Assembly (NCBI GenBank): GCA_030390025.1
Contig: CM059432.1
Span: forward strand, 81,966,001-82,030,000
Origin: Squalus acanthias
Lineage: Eukaryota
DNA length: 64,000 bases
Reading direction: 5' to 3'
The translations under genes and the position numbers were made by a program. Positions 56,469 through 64,000 of this stretch are shown piece by piece (position 1 is the stretch's first letter; each line of letters starts with the position of its first letter). The notes below the pieces were generated by a model. That model was given only the letters and a program-made list of their open reading frames with translations. It was not told where the DNA came from and made no database searches.

Positions 56469-56842
56469 AGTCCTTGGCTGCAAGATTTAGGCACAGGTCT
56501 CTCCAGGCCGAGATTCAAGGCTCCAATGAGCAGGGTGTGGCTGGAGAGCAAGATCGACCCTTCCCTTCAAGAACTGGCCGGCGCCAGTGTGTCTGTGTTC
56601 CATCGCTAACTGACAGCACCTGCGCTGCGCCTGCGCTCTGAGTTAGCGCTCGCTCCTCGCCCTTTGCGCCTTAAGAGAGGTGTGTAGCACCTGATTTAGC
56701 GCTCCAATCAACTCCGGGGGCGATAAAAGCCAAGTTTGCAGTCGGAGGCGATAATTAGCGCCAGGCGCTAAACTTTGCGCACGGCCGATAATCGCGCCCC
56801 AAACGGGGCGATACTGAATTTTTCCCCCTTATTCTTCAATTT

Positions 56843-57200
56843 AGGGGGATTGACAGGGTAGTTGCTGAGAGGTTGTTTCCCCTGGCTGGAGAGTCTAGAA
56901 CTAGGGGGCACAGTCTCAGGAAAAGGGGTCGGCCATTTAAGACTGAGATGAGGAGGAATTTCTTCACTCAGAGGGTTGTGAATCTTTGGAATTCTCTACC
57001 CCAAAGGGCTGTGAATGCTGAGCCATGGAGTATATTCAAGGCTGAGATCGATAAATTTTTGGACTCTAGGGGAATCAAGGGATCTGGAGATCGGGCGGGA
57101 AAGTGGAGTTGAGGTCGAAGATCAGCCATGGTCTTATGGAATGGCAGAGCAGACTCGAGGGGCCGTATGGCCTACTCCTGCTCCTAATTCTTATGTTCTA
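56843..57200 (+). mobile_element. CR1 LINE 3' fragment
   Basis: FPLAGESRTRGHSLR...RRNFFTQRVVNLWNSLP...FKAEIDKFL; 3' UTR ending CCTACTCCTGCTCCTAATTCTTATGTTCT. Confidence 0.9.
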
Positions 57201-57599
57201 ATTTGATGAGCATAAATAGAGGGACTGAGCCCGAAGCTGTTGAAACATCCTTTATTGCAGCATAACTGATACTCCAACTTCTAGTTAAGGTTGATAAATT
57301 TGTGCACTTTAGTTTACCAACCCATATGCCTTTTCCTAGATACATGTTTAAACATGTGCTGAGTTTCTGTTTGTGTCAGCAGGAAAAAAAGGTAACTGAT
57401 TGGAGATGGTGCGAGAGTTAAGCAGGCGCCACTCTATTAAAAGAGGAATTCTGATGCAATGTGGGGTGAGGATCTTAAATGTACCTATCTATTCCCCAGT
57501 AACATCAGTATATGTATAATTCACAATATTGGAAACTATGAAAGATTTTTTTTTAATAGCACAGGCAGTTCTTATCAAATTTGCTATTCCTACACAAGT

Positions 57600-57855
57600 A
57601 GAATAGCCTAGTGCTTACGGTACTGAACTAGCAACCCAGAGGTCCTGAGCACAGAATCCCATCCTGGTAAGTTGCGTTCAATAAATCTAGTCATTTGTGG
57701 GCTAGCAACAGAATAAATAACCATGACAACCAAACTGGTTCATAAATGTACTTCAGGGAATGTCCTATATGTAGCTCCAGTCCCACACTATGCAGTTAAC
57801 TCTTAATGGTTTCAGGGTAATGAGATGAATAAATAAGTGCTGCCTCACTGGTGTT
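57600..57855 (+). mobile_element. Decayed tRNA-derived SINE with CR1-group-like tail
   Basis: A-box-like TAGCCTAGTG head; tail CAGGGTAATGAGATGAATAAATAAGTGCTGCC resembles the LINE end at 48305-48345. Confidence 0.45.
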
Positions 57856-58109
57856 ACCAAATTTTTAAAAAAACAGAAACTTAACATGCTTTCAAGCTGC
57901 AAAGGCTTTAGTTTCTATTGCAAGCCAGAACTCAGCCATAGACATGTACACAATCTGTACAAATATCTAAAATAAATGGCAAAGCTGGATGACCCTATTT
58001 ATAGTTGATATCAATAATAGGTTGCCATTATACAAAGACAGACTTGGAAAAAAAGACTTGAAAAATTGTTTTTTTTTTGTTAGAACAACACAAATTATGG
58101 AGCAATGTG

Positions 58110-58460
58110 ACGTGTTTAAAATTATGAAAGGATGGGACAAGATCGATAGAAGTAGACTGTTCCCAGTAGTTGAGGGGTCGAGAATAAGGGCCCATGGATA
58201 CAAGATTAAATGTAAGAGATTCAGGAGAAACTTCTTCACACAGAGAGTTGTGAGGCTGTGGATTTCACTTTCAGGGTTAGCGGTTGAGCCAGAAACTATG
58301 TCAACATTCATGATTAGATTGGATAGCTGGATGAAGTAAAAGGCAGTGAAGGGATATGGGAACAGGGTGGGTAAATGTGATCAGGACTATCTTCACACAT
58401 GGAGGGTAAATGCCAATACGGACTGGTTCTGCCGAATGGCCTGTTTCCATTTTATAATTT
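58110..58460 (+). mobile_element. CR1 LINE 3' fragment (older)
   Basis: VFKIMKGWDKIDRSRLFP...RRNFFTQRVVRLW; 3' UTR GCCGAATGGCCTGTTTCC. Confidence 0.8.
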
Positions 58461-58499
58461 CTATATATTTCTAAAAAGTAAAAATAGAACATTTTTCTT

Positions 58500-58900
58500 C
58501 CAATTTTCTCTCCTCCTCTCTGGAAAGCATTCACTCTTGCTGCAGTGTAGTTCCACAGCACCAGGCACCCACCAGTACCTTGCCTAAGTGCCCATTATTC
58601 ATTAATGAGCCTAGACAGTCAGTGGGGTGGGAGAACATCAGAACAAGCCCAATCAACTCCTTAGCCGAGGTCCACACTCACCTACTCCCAGCCAGGGCCG
58701 ACCAGGTAACGATCAGGAGCAGAAGCTCTGTCAAATTGATATTTCCACCTCCCCATCCCAGGGGAGCCAAGACCAGTTGCAGCACCTGAACTGGTGTTCT
58801 GGCTGAGATCAGCGAACTCAGCACAAACCAGGGATGAAATCTGAGACCTTCTTATCTGTGTGGCTTAGCATTAAACCCGAGCTGTGCCTTTACTCACTAG
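58500..58900 (-). mobile_element. Ancient tRNA-derived SINE-like repeat; related pieces at ~48930-49115 and ~59340-59625
   Basis: Shared blocks GCTGAGATCA.C.AACT.AGCA.A...CAGGGA (58802, 59566) and CCAAGTGGCCA-like blocks; heavily diverged. Confidence 0.45.
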
Positions 58901-59631
58901 TGCATCTAGGGGCCAGCTTTTTGAGCTTATGAAATGGCAAGGTTACTTTTACTGAACTGTACCTGAAGTGTTTCCTTTTCTAATTTTATTTTAGTTCTGT
59001 GCTGCTCACTTTCCAGCTTTGTGATCACGGCATCTGTGAATTGTGTTTTGAGATCAGAAACTGCGAAAAAATATGTTCTACGTTTCTACTGATCTGTTAT
59101 TCAGGTTGAAAAACTATAGGGAGGACATCATTTTCAGCCCACATTAACAGATTCATTAATGGAATTTATGATCCCGACAATCTGCCGCTGTTCCGGCAGA
59201 CTCCCGCCGTAAATTCATTGGGAATTCTCTGGAGCAGCTGCAAACTCAGCCTGCACCCGGGGGGTGGGGGGGGGGGGGGGGGCAGAATGTTTAAAAAAAT
59301 ATAAAGAGGGCACTGGGGCCATTATCTGCAACTTTCCAGGGTGAGACTCATCCAAGTTCACATTCTTTATGTGCAAGCCATGAATGTGAATGTAATCAGG
59401 CCATTCAAGCATGGGAGGCATCACAGCTAAGCCTGATTCTGTCCTCAATCAGTGTCCACATATGGACACTATCAAGCAAAAGTCACTGGACAGCAAATTG
59501 GACAAATAATGTTAACTAATGTTTACCCTCCCTGGGCCAGAAGTAGCACCCTTCGTATTGTCCCAGCTGAGATCATCTAACTTAGCATAGAACAGGGACA
59601 GAATCTGGAACCATCCTGGTCTGTATGATAC

Positions 59632-60083
59632 AAAAAAGACTTGCATTTCTATAGCGCCTTTCACGATCACCGGTCTTCCCAAAGCGCTTTACAGCCAACA
59701 AAGTACTTTTGAAGTGGAGTCACTGTTGTAATGTAGGAAATGCAGCAGCCAATTTGCTCACAGCAAGCTCCCACATACAGCAATATGCTAATGACCAGAT
59801 AATCTGTTTTTGGTATGTTGATTGAGGGATAAATATTGGCCGGGACACCGGGGATAACTCCCCTGCTCTCCTTCGAAATAGTGCCATAGGATCTTTTCCG
59901 TCCACCTGAGAGAGCAGATGGGGCCTCGGTTTAACGTTGCATCTGAAAGACGGCAGCTCCGACAGTGCAGCACTCCCTCAGCACTGCACTGGAGTGTCAG
60001 CCTAGATTTTTGTGCACAAGTCTCTGGAGTGGGACTTGAATCCACAACCATACAGTGAACAGTGCACTTATCCATTGAGCCAT
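59632..60083 (-). mobile_element. Deu-domain tRNA-SINE, copy 2
   Basis: Collinear with 8712-9167; head TGGCTCAATGG ... GGATTCAAGTCCC on the minus strand. Confidence 0.8.
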
Positions 60084-60096
60084 CAGGAGAGTTAAA

Positions 60097-60891
60097 GGCC
60101 GGATTTTGCTCACCTCAGCGGGTCCAGGCCGGGCGATGTCGGTGGTGGGTCGCAGCCCCGCTGCTGGCTCCATCTTGCTGCCTAAAATGAATTTACGTTG
60201 ACAGGGCTTGCTAAGCCCGCCCAGCGCGTTTCCCGGTCCAATTAAAGGAAGCAGGTCTGGTGACATCATTCATGATGTGTCATCAGCCGGTTTCGTTAAA
60301 GGGACCACGGCCACCTTACTTTTGACGTTTGTGCTGTCAGTGTTCTACAGCATTGAGGTGCTGCAAACACTGACAATCACTGCACAGAGGTGCACGGCTG
60401 CACCCAGGCTCTCCCATGACTCCCTCTATATGCTTATGGAGGGAGTCACAGCACGCAGGGAGGCCCTCGTCCCTTCCCATGGGCGGAAGAGACCTCCCCA
60501 GGACACCAACGCAGCCTGGTTGCAGATTGCAAAGGAGGTCACAAGCAGGGATGTTGTCAGGAGGACCTGGGTGCAGTGGCGCAAACCTTTCAACGATCTC
60601 ATTGGATCACAAAACATTAGTACAAAGTCACACTCACCTTCATCCTGCTGTGCCTCTCATCACTCTGCCTTCCCTACCCTACTCCTGCACATCCTTACTC
60701 ACACCAACTTACCTTGCACCTCCACCCATCCCTGTCTATCTACATTATCACTTCCCCATCTCACTAGCCACCTCTCACACTCACCCTCATCCTAGTGCAA
60801 TCATACCAACTAACAACACACAAGGGTAGGCACTTGAGTGTTTTATCCAATATTTATGTAAAGTTTCTGTTAATGTGGTGTCAAACATTGA
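60097..60891 (+). mobile_element. Non-autonomous Harbinger derivative, Myb side, truncated
   Basis: TIR-like GGCCGGATTTT start; carries a Myb/SANT remnant; distal ~130 bp matches 22063-22200 in reverse complement. Confidence 0.7.
60382..60615 (+). pseudogene. Myb/SANT domain remnant of a second Harbinger family
   Basis: AAPRLSHDSLYMLMEGVTARREAL...AWLQIAKEVTSRDVVRRTWVQWRKPFNDL aligns by eye to exon 1 of the Myb gene at 56468-56232. Confidence 0.75.
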
Positions 60892-61620
60892 GCGGGAGAA
60901 ATTGGCCTCCTTTGCGCCTCCCGTTAGCGCCTCTGGGGGCGATAACGGGGCGTTAAGGGCTTACCGACCGGTAAATTACCAACGCCTGCGAACTTCCATG
61001 GCGGGCTGGCGCTAACACTTACCACCTCGATCTGCGCCCCAGAGATCATGACATCATCCGGTCGGTGCGCAGCGCCCCGTTATCGGCCCGGATGCAAAAT
61101 TCACTTCCACCCCCTGCAGCATCGTCGGGCGTCAACAACGGCAGCTGCAGGAGGTGTTGTCACCTCGGCTGGCCGCTTGGGGAGCGCTAATTAAAGGCAG
61201 TGGTGGTCAGGCACGCCAAAATTGAATAATGTCCCCAGTGTGCTGTATTTTGATTGTTTTCCAGCCCACAATTGATCAGCCCTGCAGTCTCTTAGAGTGC
61301 TTGGGGCTGCTATGTGTGTATCGCAGGTGCCGTCGACGACCATTCCCAGCCTTTTTCTTCAATGACCGCAGCATTGGCCCTCCCCTTTAAGGGAGGGAAG
61401 GAACCAATAAAACCGGCAGCGCTGCACGGAACATTGTGCAGCGTTCTGCCACAACCGCCCCTCTCACTCCTTTTAGTGCTCTGAGGGAAGTGGTGGAGCT
61501 TGATTTAATACTTCACTTCCCTCTTGGAGCGCTAAACTGGAAGTTCCCGTCAGAATCAATTGTGTAGCGCCCAGCGATACTTTTGCGCTCCTGCACTCTT
61601 TTTATAATACAGGGCAGTTT
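60892..61620 (+). mobile_element. Decayed Harbinger MITE related to family E and the full-length element
   Basis: Starts GCGGGAGAAATTGG..TTTGCGCCTCCCGTTAGCGCC, close to the 52663 left end (TTTGCGTCTCCCGTTAGCGCC); right end not clearly resolved. Confidence 0.55.
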
Positions 61621-61723
61621 CAAAAGGGTTTGGGAGGACTTGCCTGCTCCAGGCTCTTCTATCCAACAATACTAGCAAACTGGGGAAATAAATATTTTTA
61701 AGATTGAAAGTGTGCACGCACGT

Positions 61724-61887
61724 GGGCGTAATTTTCAACATTGCCGCCTGGGTGTTAAACTGGCAGAGCGGGCCGCCCGCCCTTTGTAGAACCTGCCCCA
61801 TTTTCTTCCCATTGAAATCAAAGGTAAACCTTCAGGCAGGTTCTACAATGGGCATGCACCCAGGCGGCGAAGTTGAAAATTACCCCC
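61724..61887. mobile_element. Small (~165 bp) MITE with ~31-bp TIRs
   Basis: GGGCGTAATTTTCAACATTGCCGCCTGGGTG versus reverse complement of CACCCAGGCGGCGAAGTTGAAAATTACCCCC (3 mismatches). Confidence 0.75.
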
Positions 61888-62446
61888 ATGGTGTGCAGAC
61901 TTATAAAAACATTTTACTTGGCCAGTTTTGTAATATTTTATATAAAGGAATTACTGATCGATGGTATGGCTGCATATCAACCGTTCAATGGGGTACAGTG
62001 TGTGATCATGCTATGGCCAGGAGGAAGATGGCAATGCATTCGCCCATTTTATGGTCTTGGAGATCAATGCTAGGTGCTTCCATCTCTCTTTCAAGATGCC
62101 TTTTTTAGGCTAGGGAACAGAATTCTGTTTTACAAATGCATATCCCCAGCCGTATTTTCTATTCACAAAAAGGAAGTTCCCTGGGAGACTGAAAACTGTG
62201 AGGAAGTTTTGCCGATAGCAGTGGTGTTGGTATTCCAGGTGTGTCAGACACTTGGCTGACCAAATTAAAAAGAGCTATGGTGTACCTAAGAGATTCACAA
62301 ACCAGGTCAACAGTGGTAGAAGCAGGGGTAGGAAAGCTCGAGGAATATGAGAGTCAATCTGACTGGCAATGGTCACGTGTTCAAGCCACCACAGACTTTG
62401 TTTCTGCTACTATCGCAGTTTACTGCAATAGGAGAGGGAAATCAAA

Positions 62447-63291
62447 GGGCTGGATTTTCTCAGCCCCGAGGAGGCGGGTATGGAGGCAGGACTGCCGGTA
62501 AAGTAGCAGAAAGTGGGGGCGGATGGCAAACCCGCCCCCATCCCACCTCCGTGCCCTTTTGCCAGGAGGCGGGAAGATGTGCTGCTTCGGGTCCCGTCTC
62601 CTCGAGGCGGGAAAGGGATTAAATCCTTTTAACTGCCTGTTAACAGGTAGTTAACAGGCAGAAAAAAGGATTAGTCCCATTTTACCTTTAAAGGTGAAGG
62701 CTTCCCGACCTCGGAGAACCCCGCCGGGTTGGAGGAGTCGAGTAGGAGGTCTGCGGGGGTCGGAGGGACCTGAAAGTAAGATGTAGAGGTGAGTGATGGG
62801 TGCAAGTGTGGAGTGGTAAGTATGTAAGGTGAGTGTTAAGTTTTAAAAATGTTCACTTACCTTGGTTTCTGCCTGCAGCCTTCATCCGCTCTGGATCGGG
62901 AGTCCCGACATCTTCCTTGTCGATTTCACAGACTGGCTGTTGGATCCTCCGAACTAACAGCCATCTAAAATCAACAAAGTTGAAAGGTTTGATGAGTCCT
63001 GAACACAAGGGCTCATCAAACTACAGAGAATGTCAGTGTTTGACAGCTTCACAGAGCTGTCAAACGCTGACATTTCTTCTTTCAAGAAGTCTTGACAGAT
63101 AGCATGTCAGACGTTAACGTGCCCTGTCAGTGACTTCCCCCCTAATTGGCCTGCTGAGCCCGCAGGGCAGGCTTAACAAGGTCAATCAGGGGAAAATCCC
63201 TCTGGTTGGCCAGAAGATGATGGAGGCGGGACAATGACACGACAAGCAGCAGTCCCGCCTCCAACTCGTCTCCATTGAGAAAATCCAGCCC
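62447..63291 (-). mobile_element. Harbinger-like MITE family A, copy 3 (inverted)
   Basis: Perfect 16-bp TIRs GGGCTGGATTTTCTCA / TGAGAAAATCCAGCCC; TSD AAA; reverse-complement similarity to 3163-3940. Confidence 0.85.
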
Positions 63292-63950
63292 AAAGTGTTT
63301 CTTCCAGCCGCTAACTTTAGGAAACCCACTAAAATGGTGGATTTTGCCTAAGTGAGGTTTTTTGAATCATATTGCTAACAGGAGCAGATGAGAGCCGAAT
63401 TGGGCATTGATCTGGCTCTTATTTTCTGCCATAACCAAAACATAAAGCAGAGATTAAAGCATTAATCAAACTCCCACTTGCCTAATTTGTCTGTTTTCTT
63501 ATTCATGGTGTTGTCAGACTTGAGAGTGTGGAAAAAGTCTGGAGTGAGTCAGTAGATTTATTCCACTGGGATCTTACAAAAGTCACACCATGTAGCTTTG
63601 TTAAGAATCAGTCATTGGAGCATGTGATTGCTTCAGACTTTGAGAACTGCAGCTGCATTTTTGGATCACAAAAAAAATTAAGAAAATAAGAAAAGTACCT
63701 GAGGAAATGTTCTGTGGGCCTGTACTACTGCTTGAGTTCCACTGGTTGTATGCTTATATTCACAGTCATTTTACAGCTGCTTTATGATAGAACACAGATG
63801 GTCTTTGCTGGGACACACTGCTGTAGGCATTGATTTATATGAGGCAGCACTTGTAGCACTGGACGCCTGCTCTTAAACACTGATCCTCGACCCATCTGTG
63901 CTCTCCAACTACCGTCTCTAACCTGACTCTCCTTTTTTAAGATCCTCACA

Positions 63951-64000
63951 GGGGAGAGTTTTAACCCCCAAAATTGGGTGAGTTTCGATCGGCCCCAAGC
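63951..64000 (-). mobile_element. Probable terminus of another family-B MITE running off the window
   Basis: GGGGAGAGTTTTAACCCCCAAAATTGGGTG resembles the reverse complement of 16580-16612. Confidence 0.4.

Larger units (their letters stand above)
52663..56828 (+). mobile_element. Full-length PIF/Harbinger DNA transposon (4166 bp)
   Basis: Perfect 16-bp TIRs GGGGGAAAAATTCAGT / ACTGAATTTTTCCCCC; TSD TTA (52660-52662, 56829-56831); convergent transposase and Myb/SANT genes. Confidence 0.95.

Noticed and set aside
61704..62501. Short ORFs as exons of a host gene (also 17588-18038)
   Set aside because: No recognisable domain and no convincing splice-site pairs; the 61.7-62.5 kb ORFs partly run into MITE sequence.

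Overview
Eukaryotic, repeat-dominated window, most likely from a cartilaginous fish (shark-type CR1 and L2 LINE relics, Deu-domain tRNA-SINEs, Penelope fragments). No host protein-coding gene is confidently recognised. The centre (~22.9-47.9 kb) is a ~25 kb satellite of a 20-bp unit (ACTACACACAGACTGCACAC). It has ~2.9 kb higher-order repeats and, near its 3' end, a ~2.35 kb higher-order unit that has amplified a 744-bp TIR element three times. The giant His/Thr-rich ORFs over it are artefacts. At 52663-56828 is a structurally complete PIF/Harbinger DNA transposon (16-bp perfect TIRs, TTA TSD). It has an open 387-aa DDE transposase and a convergent three-exon Myb/SANT gene that is frame-intact but carries three nonsense codons. 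Several Harbinger-like MITE families with 3-bp TSDs surround it, many carrying inward-facing splice donors. Also present are two complementary halves of a second non-autonomous Harbinger family, a hAT MITE with an 8-bp TSD, and Penelope insertions with TSDs and minimal hammerhead ribozyme motifs. Family names come from recognition by eye; no searches were run.
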